Part shown: positions 37,203-47,002 of the stretch, in pieces
How the letters are laid out: each line of letters starts with the position of its first letter
Numbering within the stretch: position 1 is the first letter of the stretch
Source: Alphaproteobacteria bacterium
Lineage (GTDB): Bacteria > Pseudomonadota > Alphaproteobacteria > UBA828
Direction of reading: 5' to 3'
Length of the DNA stretch: 64,000 nucleotides
Assembly: GCA_050173345.1 (NCBI GenBank)
Contig: JBFXKW010000001.1
Coordinates: 303,911 to 367,910, forward strand
Translations under genes and position numbers: made by a program
Notes under the pieces: model-generated
Seen by the model: only the letters and a program-made list of their open reading frames with translations
Told to the model about the DNA's origin: nothing
Database searches by the model: none

Positions 37203-38132
37203 TCACTCGGTCTCGACGACCAGCCGCGCCTCGGTGTGGCCCGAACGGATCAGGCGATCGAGCAGGCTGTCCGCGGCGTCGAGCGAAGCGATCGGCCCGA
37301 AGCGCACCCGGTAGAGGATCCGCCCGTTCGCGTTGACCGGCTGGACCACGGCATCGCCCATATCGAGCAGCGTGCCCTTGAGCCGGTTGGCGTTGTCCTT
37401 GCTCGCGAACGCTCCGACCTGGACGAACATGTTGTTCGCCTGGCTCGGGGTGAACAGCACCACCTCCGCCGGCGCCGGCTCGGACGCTTCGGCCGTCGAG
37501 ATCAAGCCACCGCTCTGGCGGATCGGCGACGCCGCGGCGGCCACCGCGACGGCCGGCTGCGCGCGTAGCGCCGGCCGATTCTGGGCGATCGCGGTCTCGC
37601 TGCCGTAGAGCGATGCGAACTCGACGAACTCGACGCGAACCTTGGCCGTGCCCGGCCCATAGACGCCGAGCAACTGGGCGGCGCGGCGCGACAGGTCGAT
37701 GACGCGGCCGTTCACGAACGGCCCCCTGTCGTTGACCCGGACCAGGACCGAGCGCCCGTTCTCCAGGTTGGTGACGCGCACCGTACTCGGCAAGGGCAGC
37801 GTCTTGTGCGCGGCGGTCACTGCGTTCATGTCGAAGGGCTCGCCGTTCGCGGTGTTGCGGCCGTGGAATTCCGAGCCGTACCACGACGCGATGCCTTGCT
37901 CGACGAAGCGGGAGTCGTGATAGGGATAATAGGTGACGCCCGCCACCTGGTAGGGCTTGCCGAGCTTGTAGCCCTCCGGCACGGGCTCGCTCGGCCGCCG
38001 CCCGCCCGACGGGTCGTCGCGCACGAGCACCTTCGCGGTGTGCGAAGCCAGTTCGGTCTCTGCGCAGCCGCCGAGCAGGGCGGCGCCGGCAAGCAGGATC
38101 AGCAGCCTGCGGAGCATCGGCCTATGCGACAT
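37203..38132 (-). CDS. rlpA: septal ring lytic transglycosylase RlpA family lipoprotein with C-terminal SPOR domain
   Basis: Lipobox (LLGGC), DPBB domain (IASWYG...GRNTANGEPFD...TAAHKTLPLPS) and SPOR (FVQVGAFASKDNANRL). Confidence 0.85.
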   Translation of the reverse strand: MSHRPMLRRLLILLAGAALLGGCAETELASHTAKVLVRDDPSGGRRPSEPVPEGYKLGKPYQVAGVTYYPYHDSRFVEQGIASWYGSEFHGRNTANGEPFDMNAVTAAHKTLPLPSTVRVTNLENGRSVLVRVNDRGPFVNGRVIDLSRRAAQLLGVYGPGTAKVRVEFVEFASLYGSETAIAQNRPALRAQPAVAVAAAASPIRQSGGLISTAEASEPAPAEVVLFTPSQANNMFVQVGAFASKDNANRLKGTLLDMGDAVVQPVNANGRILYRVRFGPIASLDAADSLLDRLIRSGHTEARLVVETE

Positions 38133-38175
38133 ATGGGGCCGTACCCTCGCTTATCTACAATCGGTTGCGCGGATA

Positions 38176-39237
38176 CTACCGATCGCGGATTCGCTCGGCA
38201 AGCTGTGCCACGGCCAGCGCAAAGTAGTTGGAGCGATTCCAGCGCAGGATGACCCGGTAGTTGTCGTAGGCGAGATAGGCCGGGCCGCCTTCGCCACCGG
38301 GCAGGACGAGGGTGGCGAGCCGGTTGTCCTCCGCCGCCGGGAGAGGCGCGCCGAGCACGGTTCGCAGCCCCTTGGCGCGCCAGGCCGAGACCGGCCGAGG
38401 CGCTTCCTCCGCCGCGGCCGCGGCGGCGTCGAAGCCGGCCGGCAGGCGGACCTGGCGGCCCCAGCCTTCGCCGTGCTTCCAGCCGATCGTGGCGAGATAG
38501 TTGGCCGCGGAGGCGAACACGTCTTCCCGAGTCGTCCAGATGTCGCGCCGGCCGTCGCCATCGAAGTCGATGGCATAGCTCACGAAGCTCGAGGGCATGA
38601 ACTGGGCCTGGCCCATGGCCCCGGCCCAGCTTCCCTCCATCGAATCGGCGTCGATATGCCCTTCATCGAGGATCGTCAGCGCGTGGAAGAGCTCCGCCCT
38701 GAAGAAGGCCGAGCGCCGGCCGTCATAGGCGAGCGTGCAGAGCGCGTCGATGACGGGGAAGTTGCCCATATGCTCGCCGAAGTCGCTCTCGATGCCCCAG
38801 AGCGCCACGATGAACTCGGCCTCGACGCCGAAGCGCTGCTCGACCTTCTCCAGCAGCGCGCGGTTCTCGACAAGGCGCTGCCGTGCCTTGTCGATGCGGC
38901 CTTGAGGCACGACGCGATCGAGATACTGCTCGAACGTCATGGTGCCTTCGGGCTGCTTGCGATCCAGCTCGATGACCCTTTGGATCGGCTGCACGCCGTC
39001 GAGCGCGGCATCGAGCGTCGCCTCGCTGATGCCGCGCTGCCGCGCCTCGGCGCGCAGCTCGGCGAGCCACGCGGCGAAGCCGGCATTCGCCGGCTCCGTG
39101 ACGGCTGCGACCGCCGGGGCGCCATCTCCGGCGGCCTGATCGGCCGACCCGTCGCCGTCCGACGCGCACGCCGCCGGCATCAGCACCACCATGCTCAGCA
39201 CGGCGGCGAAGCTCGCGCGGCGGCGGAATCGCTTCAA
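38176..39237 (-). CDS. lytic murein transglycosylase (MltB-like)
   Basis: EF-hand-like DFDGDG, catalytic Glu region (WGIESDFG) and AQFMPSS. The start is uncertain: an in-frame TTG at 39237 gives an RRR-signal peptide and avoids overlap with the upstream gene, but the ORF extends to 39303. Confidence 0.7.
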   Translation of the reverse strand: MKRFRRRASFAAVLSMVVLMPAACASDGDGSADQAAGDGAPAVAAVTEPANAGFAAWLAELRAEARQRGISEATLDAALDGVQPIQRVIELDRKQPEGTMTFEQYLDRVVPQGRIDKARQRLVENRALLEKVEQRFGVEAEFIVALWGIESDFGEHMGNFPVIDALCTLAYDGRRSAFFRAELFHALTILDEGHIDADSMEGSWAGAMGQAQFMPSSFVSYAIDFDGDGRRDIWTTREDVFASAANYLATIGWKHGEGWGRQVRLPAGFDAAAAAAEEAPRPVSAWRAKGLRTVLGAPLPAAEDNRLATLVLPGGEGGPAYLAYDNYRVILRWNRSNYFALAVAQLAERIRDR

Positions 39238-39241
39238 TGCT

Positions 39242-40210
39242 TCAGCGAGACAGCACTTCGGGGTTGACCACATAAGACCCATCGAGCCGGCCATCGATCG
39301 CATCGAGCGCGTTCTGCGCGCAGCGGACCGAGGTACGCCGGTTGCACTCGCGCGTCAATGCCGCGGCATGGGGCGTCAGCACGGTGCGCGGATGTTTCAC
39401 CAGGGGGTGCTCGGTGCCGGGTGGCTCGGGCTCGAACACGTCGAAGCCAGCGGCGAACAGCTTGCCGCTCGAGAGCGCCTCGGCAACCGCGGTATTGTCG
39501 GCGACCTGGCCGCGCGCGGTGTTGACGAGCACCGCGCCGTCCTTCATGCGCCCGATCGTGGCGCGGTCGAAGAGATGATGGGTCTCGTCGGTCAGCGGCG
39601 TATGCAGCGTGACGAAATCCATCTCGGGCAGCACCGCGCGGAAGTCCCTGACCGGCATGAAGCCCTTGGCCTTGATCGCGTTGTCCGAGACATAGGGGTC
39701 GCAGACGAAGACCTCCATGCCGAAGGCCTGGCAGCGCGGCGCGACGCGCGAGCCGATGCGCCCGAAGCCCATGACCAGCACCTTCTTCTCGAAGAGCTCG
39801 ATCATCGGGACGGTTTCGCGCGCCTTCCATTCGCCCGCGCGCGTCATGGCGTCGAGAGTGAGACCCTGCTTGGCGCCGGTCAGCATGAAGTAGAGCGCAA
39901 GCTCGGCGACCGTCACCGAATTGGCCTCGCCGACGGTCGCGACGGGGATGCCGCGCGCGGTCGCGGCCGCAACGTCGACCCGGTCATAGCCGACGCCGTG
40001 GCGCTGGATGACCTTGAGCTTGGCCCCGGCCGCGATGGCGGCCTTGTCGAAATGGTAGTAGCGCAGGATCACGGCATCGGCAGCGGGGAGCGCCGCGAGC
40101 AGCTTGCCGGTGTCGTTGGCGGGCACCGTGACGATCTCAATGCCGGGGCGGGCCGCAAGCAGGTCGATGCCGGCCTGCTCGACCGAGTCATAGATGAGGA
40201 CGGTCGGCAT
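39242..40210 (-). CDS. D-isomer specific 2-hydroxyacid dehydrogenase family protein
   Basis: 322 aa from an internal ATG, with an NAD-binding site (GFGRIGSRVA) and a catalytic His (PHAAALT). Confidence 0.8.
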   Translation of the reverse strand: MPTVLIYDSVEQAGIDLLAARPGIEIVTVPANDTGKLLAALPAADAVILRYYHFDKAAIAAGAKLKVIQRHGVGYDRVDVAAATARGIPVATVGEANSVTVAELALYFMLTGAKQGLTLDAMTRAGEWKARETVPMIELFEKKVLVMGFGRIGSRVAPRCQAFGMEVFVCDPYVSDNAIKAKGFMPVRDFRAVLPEMDFVTLHTPLTDETHHLFDRATIGRMKDGAVLVNTARGQVADNTAVAEALSSGKLFAAGFDVFEPEPPGTEHPLVKHPRTVLTPHAAALTRECNRRTSVRCAQNALDAIDGRLDGSYVVNPEVLSR

Positions 40211-40221
40211 GGGGCTGTCCC

Positions 40222-41421
40222 TCAGACCATGGCGAGTGCATAGATTTCGTGGAGGTAGCCTTCGAGATAAAGGCCGGTGGCGCCGACCGGGGTCCAGGCC
40301 GGCCCCCTGCCCGGCTTGAAGACCTCCTTGCCGACCTCCATCACGATCTCCCAGGCGCGCGGGTCCTTGTGGAAGGAGGTGATCTCGACCACGTCGTCGA
40401 GCGAGGCGCCGTGCTTCTCCAGCACGCCCCTGATCTGGCCGAAGCAATAGCGCGCCTGCTCGGCCGTATCGCCGCGCGCGATGATGTTCTTCTTGCCGTC
40501 CGAGGCGACCTGGCCGGAGATGCCGAGCAGCCTGCCGCCCTTCTTCCTGGTGGCGCCCGAGACGCGCTGCTCGTGCCAATGCACCGACGGCAAATTGTGC
40601 GCCACGCGCGGGCCCGGGCTGAAATCCGCGATCGCGCGGTAGGCGCCGACATGGCCGAGGCGATAGAGCCCGGTGGTGGCGATCGCGGTGTAGGAGGTCG
40701 CCTGCTCGATCGGCAGGCCGGCGACGGCCTCGTTGCACCAGGTATCGACCGAGGCGTCCATGCCGCGGGCGTCCTGGTTGAAGGCGATCATGTCGATGAT
40801 GTCATCGAGCGAACTGCCGCCTGCTTCCATCACCTCCTTGAGCCGCGCATAGGCATTGCGCGCCTGCGCCTCATGGTCGCCCGCGTTCACGACCTTACCC
40901 GACGCGTCGGAGGACAGGATGCCCGAGACGAACATGTAGCTGCCCTTGCGGCAGCCCGCCGAGACCGGCAGCGCGCCGAGCCATTTCATCGAGGCGGGCG
41001 TGACGCAGCGTTTCTCGCCCTGCCCGAGATGCGCGATCGCGCGGATGCTGACCAGGATGCCGGGGCGCTGCAGTCCGGTCGAGCCGAACGCCGTCCACGC
41101 CGGGTAGCGGCCTTCGGGCAGCCAGTCGCGGGCGACCTCCAGCACGGCGTCGATGTCGCGCGGGTCGGTATGGAACGACATGATGTCGAGGATGTCGTCC
41201 ATCGTGCCGCCGGCGCCCTCGATGACGGCGCGGAGCTTGGCGAAGGCGATGCGGGCCTGAGCCTTGACGTCGCCCAGCGCCTCAGGCGCCAGGTCGCCGT
41301 CCGTCGCGGTCTGCCCCGAGACGAAGAGCAGGTTGCCGCAACGGACCGCCGCCGAGGCGGCGCGGCCGTCGAGCCATTTGTACCCTTTCGGCGTGATGAA
41401 GCTGCGATCGGATGACGCCAC
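40222..41421 (-). CDS. single-chain protein with three tandem RidA/YjgF/TdcF-family (reactive intermediate deaminase-like) domains
   Basis: 399 aa from GTG at 41421, preceded by a GGGAGGG RBS. Three roughly 130-aa repeats each carry the RidA pattern ([FL]xSGQ...AQARxA...L...GG.LDD[IV]....F..D......V.......PA.T..G..GL). The Arg-rich upstream part of the ORF was rejected as artefact. Confidence 0.7.
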   Translation of the reverse strand: MASSDRSFITPKGYKWLDGRAASAAVRCGNLLFVSGQTATDGDLAPEALGDVKAQARIAFAKLRAVIEGAGGTMDDILDIMSFHTDPRDIDAVLEVARDWLPEGRYPAWTAFGSTGLQRPGILVSIRAIAHLGQGEKRCVTPASMKWLGALPVSAGCRKGSYMFVSGILSSDASGKVVNAGDHEAQARNAYARLKEVMEAGGSSLDDIIDMIAFNQDARGMDASVDTWCNEAVAGLPIEQATSYTAIATTGLYRLGHVGAYRAIADFSPGPRVAHNLPSVHWHEQRVSGATRKKGGRLLGISGQVASDGKKNIIARGDTAEQARYCFGQIRGVLEKHGASLDDVVEITSFHKDPRAWEIVMEVGKEVFKPGRGPAWTPVGATGLYLEGYLHEIYALAMV

Positions 41422-41498
41422 GTCTTCCCTCCCCTTTTCCGGTCTTGTCCTGACTTGCGGCCGATATTCGCGGCCGGCTCCGTCCTCGTGCTCTCCTT

Positions 41499-42296
41499 CT
41501 AGCGCGGCGTCGCCGCGATCAGCCCGCCATCGACCACGAGATCTGCGCCCGTGACGTAGCGCGCCTCGTCGGAGGCGAGATAGAGGGCGGCGTAGGCCAC
41601 GTCCCAGCCATCGCCCATGCGGCCCATCGGCACCTGGCGGTGGCGCTTCTCGATCAGCGCCGGAAGATCGTTCGCCGCGTACTGGCGCGCCAGCCGCTGC
41701 TCGACGAGCGGCGTGTGCATCAGCCCGGCGGTGACGACATTCAAGCGGACTCCTTTGGCGGCGTATTGCACGGCGGCCGACTTGGTGAATTGCTGCAGGC
41801 CGGCCTTCGCCGCGGCATAGGCGACGTGGTGATTGCCGATATGGCGATGGCCGGCGACCGATGAGATGTTGACGATCGCACCGCCGCCCGATTTTTCCAT
41901 GGCGGGGATGGCGTGCTTGCAGCAGAGGAAGGCGCTGGTCAGGTTGAAGTCGAGCTGGCGGTGCCAGGCCTCCTCGCTCATGTCCGCCGGCCCGCCCGGC
42001 TCCGAGCCGCCGACATTGTTGACCAGGATGTTCAGGCCGCCGAAGCGCCCGGCGCAGGCCGCCACCATCGCCGCCACGGCCTTGGCGTCGGTGACGTCGC
42101 AGACATGGCTCGCGCAATCGCCGCCCTCGTCCGCGATCAGGGCGCGGGTCTCCTCCGCGGCGGCGGCCGAAATATCGACGGCGAAGATCTTGGCGCCCTC
42201 GCGCGCGAACAGGACGGCGATCGCCTTGCCATTGCCGAAGCCGGGCCCGATCGAGCCCGCGCCGGTGACGATGGCGACCTTGTTCTTCAACCGCAT
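41499..42296 (-). CDS. SDR family NAD(P)-dependent oxidoreductase
   Basis: 265 aa with TGAGSIGPGFG, NNVG and YAAAK (Rossmann fold and catalytic YxxxK). Confidence 0.85.
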   Translation of the reverse strand: MRLKNKVAIVTGAGSIGPGFGNGKAIAVLFAREGAKIFAVDISAAAAEETRALIADEGGDCASHVCDVTDAKAVAAMVAACAGRFGGLNILVNNVGGSEPGGPADMSEEAWHRQLDFNLTSAFLCCKHAIPAMEKSGGGAIVNISSVAGHRHIGNHHVAYAAAKAGLQQFTKSAAVQYAAKGVRLNVVTAGLMHTPLVEQRLARQYAANDLPALIEKRHRQVPMGRMGDGWDVAYAALYLASDEARYVTGADLVVDGGLIAATPR

Positions 42297-42421
42297 GCCC
42301 GCAACCTCTCGCGCCAGGAACCCATGCTCGGATGATCCGATCGGCGGCGCAGATTAGGGGTCAAGGCCGGGCGCGCCAAGACCGTTTGCATCATGATCGC
42401 GGATTGGATGCCGTGCGGACT

Positions 42422-43339
42422 TCATGCCGGCCCACGAAGCGGGTTCGTATCCTGCGCGCTCGTCACCTCCCGAAGGTTCTTGACGGCAATGTCGGATTCC
42501 TTCGGTACGCCCAGCAGGTTGAGCGAGACGATCCTGCCGAACACGTTGTCCGACTTGCCGTCGAAGTTCTCCGGGTTGAACAGCCTCGGCAGATGCCAGA
42601 ACAGCCGATAGCCCATTTCGAAGGCGGTCGAGATCAGGTCGTAATTTCGCTCCTCGCGATCGGCCTCGAAATAGAGGAACGGCCTGCAGCGCGCGATCGT
42701 CTCCCGTGCACCCAGCAGTACCGCGCGCTCCATGCCCTCGACGTCGATCTTGAGCAGCTTGAGGCGCTCGAGCTTCAGGGCGTCGATGGTCATGACCGGG
42801 ACCGTCTCGCCGCTGACGCCGGGCACGATCTTCGCGTTGCTGACGCCGTCGAGCGAGAGGCCGCCGAAATTGTTGCCCTTGTCGTAGGCGACCGGGGGCA
42901 CCTCGATCGAGCCCGCCCGCTCGCCGACCGCGGCGTTGTAGGCGTGAACATTGGTCAGCTCGTTGATCACGACGTTCGCACACATGATCTGGAACACGAC
43001 GCGCTGCGGTTCGAAGGCGTGGACCGCGCCCTTGGGGCCGACCTTGCGGGCGAGCGGCACGGTGTGCGAGCCGAGATTGGCGCCCGCTTCGACCGCGACG
43101 TCGCCGGGGCGCACCAGTTGGCCGAGCACCATCCACTCCTTCTCGCCGTACTCGCCATAGAGGTCGAGCGAGCGGCCGACATAGGCGTCGTGCCGGAGAT
43201 AGAGCATCGTGCCGTGGCGGCAGGGCCGCGCGCGCAGCAGCGTGCTCGACGCGGTTGCTGCCTGCACGACCGCGGACGACGCATCGCCGCCTGCCGTCGG
43301 CCCGCCAGAGGTTGTTGTGTCCGCCGCTTCCTGCGTCAT
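42422..43339 (-). CDS. FkbM family methyltransferase
   Basis: 305 aa with VEAGANLGSHT, AFEP and IDVEGME, the FkbM-family motifs. The start may be an internal Met. Confidence 0.72.
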   Translation of the reverse strand: MTQEAADTTTSGGPTAGGDASSAVVQAATASSTLLRARPCRHGTMLYLRHDAYVGRSLDLYGEYGEKEWMVLGQLVRPGDVAVEAGANLGSHTVPLARKVGPKGAVHAFEPQRVVFQIMCANVVINELTNVHAYNAAVGERAGSIEVPPVAYDKGNNFGGLSLDGVSNAKIVPGVSGETVPVMTIDALKLERLKLLKIDVEGMERAVLLGARETIARCRPFLYFEADREERNYDLISTAFEMGYRLFWHLPRLFNPENFDGKSDNVFGRIVSLNLLGVPKESDIAVKNLREVTSAQDTNPLRGPA

Positions 43340-43517
43340 TGGCCGCGAAGCCCTCCGTCAAATGGTTGGGTCACGATAGCAAGCCCCGACGCGGCCGGAT
43401 ATTGAACAGACGGTGATCACGCGGTGGCCTTATTGATAAGCTTGTTTTCCTTTGTCCAGGGAGCGCCGTGTTGCATATTTGGGGGCGGCTTCGGCCGGCG
43501 GAGACAGAGGAGCGGAC

Positions 43518-44129
43518 ATGGCTGTTCGAGCGGTTGCCAGAATGGGACATCCCGTGCTCAGGCGCGTTGCCGATCCGGTCCGGAACCCGGGTGATCCCGA
43601 GATCGCGCGCCTCGCGCAGGACATGCAGGATACCATCGAGGATCTCGGCGCGGCGGGCATTGCGGCGTCGCAGGTTTTCGTCTCCTTGCGCGTCGTGGTG
43701 TTCCGCGTGCTGGCGAGCCGCATTCCGCCCGGCGTCAAGCTCGCGCCGATCCCCTGGACGGTGATGATCAATCCCGTGGTGACGCCGTTGACGGAGGAGA
43801 AGCAGCCGATCTGGGAGCGCTGCCTCTCGCTCCCCGGCCTGCACGGCAAGGTGCCGCGTTTCACCAAGATCAGGGTCGAGTACGTGACCCAGGAGGGCAA
43901 GCCCGTGACGCTCGAGGCCGAGGATTGGCTGGCCATGCTGCTGCAGCATGAGGTCGATCACCTGGACGGCATCCTCTACCCGATGCGCATGACCGATCTC
44001 TCGCTGCTCGCCTTCAACACCGACCCCGGCGCGCTGGCCGCCGAGGCGATCAAGACGCCCGACCTCGACCCGGCACTGCGCAATCTGGTCAACGCCTGGC
44101 CGACGCGTGAGAAGTGGATACCGGGCTGA
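43518..44129 (+). CDS. def: peptide deformylase (probable paralogue; no fmt adjacent)
   Basis: 203 aa with the three PDF motifs: GIAASQV, ERCLSLPG (EGCLS-like) and HEVDHLDG. Confidence 0.8.
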   Translation: MAVRAVARMGHPVLRRVADPVRNPGDPEIARLAQDMQDTIEDLGAAGIAASQVFVSLRVVVFRVLASRIPPGVKLAPIPWTVMINPVVTPLTEEKQPIWERCLSLPGLHGKVPRFTKIRVEYVTQEGKPVTLEAEDWLAMLLQHEVDHLDGILYPMRMTDLSLLAFNTDPGALAAEAIKTPDLDPALRNLVNAWPTREKWIPG

Positions 44130-44183
44130 ACGGCAGCCTGGCGGACCGCGCGGCGCCGCCTCAACGGCGCCAGCGATCGGACG

Positions 44184-44717
44184 CTACCTTCTCTTCGCCG
44201 TCTTCTTCGCCTTCGACTTCGCTTTGGCCTTGGCTTTCGCCTTGGGCTTGGGCTTGGCCGCGGCCTTCTGGCCGATGATGCGCTGCTTTTCCCAGCCCTT
44301 CTCGTAGGGTGCCCAGGTGTGCGAGATCAGCTTGACGTGCTTGAACTTCCACTCGCCGCCGACGCGCTCGTAGACATCCTCGTACTTGGCCATGCCCCAG
44401 ACCTGCTGCTTGCGCTTGCCCACGGGAAAGCTGCACGGCTCGAAGAGCAGCCATTTGCCGGTCGCGCGGTCGCCGTCGATGTCGATGATCGGGTTCGCGA
44501 CATAGTGCACCGCGAAGGGCAGGTGCTGCAGCGCGCGGATGGTCTCGCGGCCGCGATGGATGCCGAACACGTCGGTCTCGAACACGCCGTCCTCGGTGAA
44601 CAGGCTGGACCACTTGTCGCCGTCCCTCAGGTCGGCGTAGTAGCAATAGAGGCTGCGCAGGCGAACGATCGCCTCGATGTCCTTCAGGCGGCGCAGTTCG
44701 CGTTCCACGTCACTCAC
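44184..44717 (-). CDS. NTF2-like/SnoaL-like domain protein with C-terminal Lys/Ala-rich histone-H1-like tail
   Basis: 177 aa. The N-terminal 140 aa are NTF2-like (LYCYYADLRDGDKWSSLFTEDGVFE). The C-terminus is AAKPKPKAKAKAKAKSKAKKTAKRR, encoded by repetitive DNA. Confidence 0.6.
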   Translation of the reverse strand: MSDVERELRRLKDIEAIVRLRSLYCYYADLRDGDKWSSLFTEDGVFETDVFGIHRGRETIRALQHLPFAVHYVANPIIDIDGDRATGKWLLFEPCSFPVGKRKQQVWGMAKYEDVYERVGGEWKFKHVKLISHTWAPYEKGWEKQRIIGQKAAAKPKPKAKAKAKAKSKAKKTAKRR

Positions 44718-44745
44718 GATTGTCCCTCCCCGTTTATGCCGCGCA

Positions 44746-46386
44746 TCATGTTTGGCGGTGGAAGTCCTGGAAGCGCAGGTTGTTCGACGTGTAGTAGGTC
44801 CACCCCTGGACGTCGGCGCGGTGCGCCAGGGTGAAATTGGTGTAGGCCATGAACAGCCAGGGGCATTCGTCCATCACGATCTCCTGCGCGCGCGAGTATA
44901 TCTTCTCCCGCTCCGCAGGGTCGATCACGGTGCGGCCCCTGTCGATCAGCTCGTCGAACTCCTGGTTGGCCCAGTTGCCGTAGTTGTTGTGGGTCGTGGA
45001 GTAGAAATAGAGCTGCAGCGCATAGCCTGGGTCGGCTGTCCACGCCGCGTCATTGTAGAAGATCATCTTGTGCTCGCGATCCGCGACGAAGTTGAAAAAG
45101 ATATCGGCCGGCACCTTCTTCAGGCTCAGCTTGACGTTGATCTCGCGCAGCGCGGTCTGGAACAGGATCGCGATGCGCTCCTGGTTGGGATCGCCCGCGT
45201 TGTAGGTGATCTCGGTCTCGAAGCCGTCCGGATAGCCGGCCTCCGCCAGCAGCGCCCTGGCCTTGTCCGGATCGGTGTCGTATCGCCAGAGGTCCTTCCG
45301 GACCATCGGATAGAAAAGCGGCATGCAGGCGATCTGCTTCTCGGCGAGGTCGTAGAACACCGTGTTCAGCATGATCGCGTGCGGGAAGACATAGTTCATG
45401 GCCTGGCGCACCAGCTTGCTGTCGAACGGCTTCTCCTTGATGTTCATGAAGGCCCATAGCTGAGACGAAGCGGCGACGGTCTCGACCGCGACGTCGTCGG
45501 CTTTGGCGAGGCTCTTGTATTCCGCCGGATCGAGGAACTGCGCGATGTCGACGGCGCCGCCCTGCAGCAGCGAGACGCGGGAGGCCGAGGACGGCACCTC
45601 GCGCACGATCACCGTGTCGAAATAGGGCGCATCGCCGTAGTAGTCCTTGCGTGCCGCGAACACGGCCTGCTGGCCGCGCGCGAGCTGCTGCATGACGTAA
45701 GGGCCGAAGCCAGCCGTGTCGTTGTCGAGGAAGCTGCGCGCCCAGGGGTCGTCGTCGCTCGCCATCTCCTTGCATTTGGCGCCGTCGAGGATCGGGTTGT
45801 ACAGGTTGGTATGGGCGATCACGCTGATCGGGTTCGGTCTCTCGGTGATGAACGAGACCACGTAGCGGCCTTCCACCTTGACCTGCTCGGGTTTCGACAG
45901 GCCGATCACCGAGGTGAAGAACGGACCCATCCCGCCGGCCGCGAACTTGCGGTCATAGGTGTATTTCACGTCGTCGGCGGTGAGCTCGTTGCCCCAGTTG
46001 CTCTTGACGCCTTCCTTCAGGAAGAAGCGCGTGGTGAGGCCGCCATCGGCGACCTCCCAGCTCTTGGCGAGCTTGTCCTTGACGCCATCGGGCTCGAGAT
46101 TCTCGCGGCGCACCGCGGGCACCTTGGGATCCGGGGCCTTCTGATACTCGATCAGCGAGTCATAGAGCGCGCCGGCGGCGTCGATGGTGCCGAGAGCGCC
46201 CTCGAACTGGGTATCGAGACTCTGCGGCGTGCTCGGCGCTGCCACGACGAGCGTCTTCGGGTCGGCGGCGCGTGCGTTCCTTTTGCCGCCGATGACCGGT
46301 GCAAGACCGATCACCGCGGCGGCGGTGCCTTTCAGCATGGTGCGGCGGGTGATGATGGGCGGCGTGGGGTCGAACATCTTCGTCAT
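44746..46386 (-). CDS. ABC transporter substrate-binding protein, family 5 (peptide/nickel/opine type), Tat signal; no permease or ATPase adjacent
   Basis: 546 aa with RRTMLKGTAAAVIGLAP and the typical SBP5 length and motifs. Confidence 0.85.
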   Translation of the reverse strand: MTKMFDPTPPIITRRTMLKGTAAAVIGLAPVIGGKRNARAADPKTLVVAAPSTPQSLDTQFEGALGTIDAAGALYDSLIEYQKAPDPKVPAVRRENLEPDGVKDKLAKSWEVADGGLTTRFFLKEGVKSNWGNELTADDVKYTYDRKFAAGGMGPFFTSVIGLSKPEQVKVEGRYVVSFITERPNPISVIAHTNLYNPILDGAKCKEMASDDDPWARSFLDNDTAGFGPYVMQQLARGQQAVFAARKDYYGDAPYFDTVIVREVPSSASRVSLLQGGAVDIAQFLDPAEYKSLAKADDVAVETVAASSQLWAFMNIKEKPFDSKLVRQAMNYVFPHAIMLNTVFYDLAEKQIACMPLFYPMVRKDLWRYDTDPDKARALLAEAGYPDGFETEITYNAGDPNQERIAILFQTALREINVKLSLKKVPADIFFNFVADREHKMIFYNDAAWTADPGYALQLYFYSTTHNNYGNWANQEFDELIDRGRTVIDPAEREKIYSRAQEIVMDECPWLFMAYTNFTLAHRADVQGWTYYTSNNLRFQDFHRQT

Positions 46387-46582
46387 CGATGGTCTCCAGA
46401 GGCTGTCGCCAGACGGTCACGCAATCGACGTCACGTCTCTGATGCGGAACCTGCGACGCGGGCGGAGTCCCCGATGCGCTACCTGCGCCAAGCCGCGTCG
46501 CGGAAATCGCCGCGTCGCGTTCATGGCTGTGCCTGTCCTCTCAAAGGCATGCTGAACGCAAAAAACTGAATCTGTATTCACT

Positions 46583-47002
46583 CTAATACCGTCCCTGCCC
46601 GACTGTCCAACTCCCTTCTGCAAGCGTGCAAGGTCGCAGCATGTTGTCGGTGAAATAATTTTGTGGTGCATGCGCCGGCTTTTGCCGTGCATCGGTGCAG
46701 CCTTTGGTCGGCGTGGCCCTGACAGGCGTCTCAACGGCAAGGACTGCAGGGAACACCTCATGGCCATGCACCATCGTGCCCTTCACGGCCATTGAAGTTT
46801 TGTGCGAGGTGCCGGCTTCGTAGATCGAACCGGGCGCCAGCGCACTGTTCGCGCCGATGGTGAACACGGAAAACACGATGTGGATCGGCGGCGCGCTATT
46901 CTCCCAGAGCGCCACCTTCGTCACCAACCGGCCGGCACCCAGCACGACCGATGACAGTGGGGCGAACGAGCCTTCCGCCTCGCCGCATGGCGGTATATTC
47001 AT
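46583..47002 (-). pseudogene. possible degraded hexapeptide-repeat (left-handed beta-helix) protein remnant in lower-GC spacer upstream of tRNA-Ser
   Basis: 139-aa ORF with weak hexapeptide-like repeats (VLGAGRLV, IHIVFSVFTIGANSALAPGSI). The surrounding region is AT-richer than the genome. Weak evidence. Confidence 0.2.

Noticed and set aside
38176-39303. Full-length ORF start (39303) for the lytic transglycosylase
   Set aside because: It would overlap the 3' end of the upstream 2-hydroxyacid dehydrogenase gene by about 60 bp and gives a poor N-terminus. A downstream TTG yields a clean RRR signal peptide. The start remains uncertain.
41422-42117. N-terminal 232-codon extension of the triple-RidA ORF
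   Set aside because: The extension overlaps the SDR gene in another frame and is Arg/Gly-rich nonsense. A GTG with a strong RBS at 41421 gives a protein that begins exactly at the first RidA domain.
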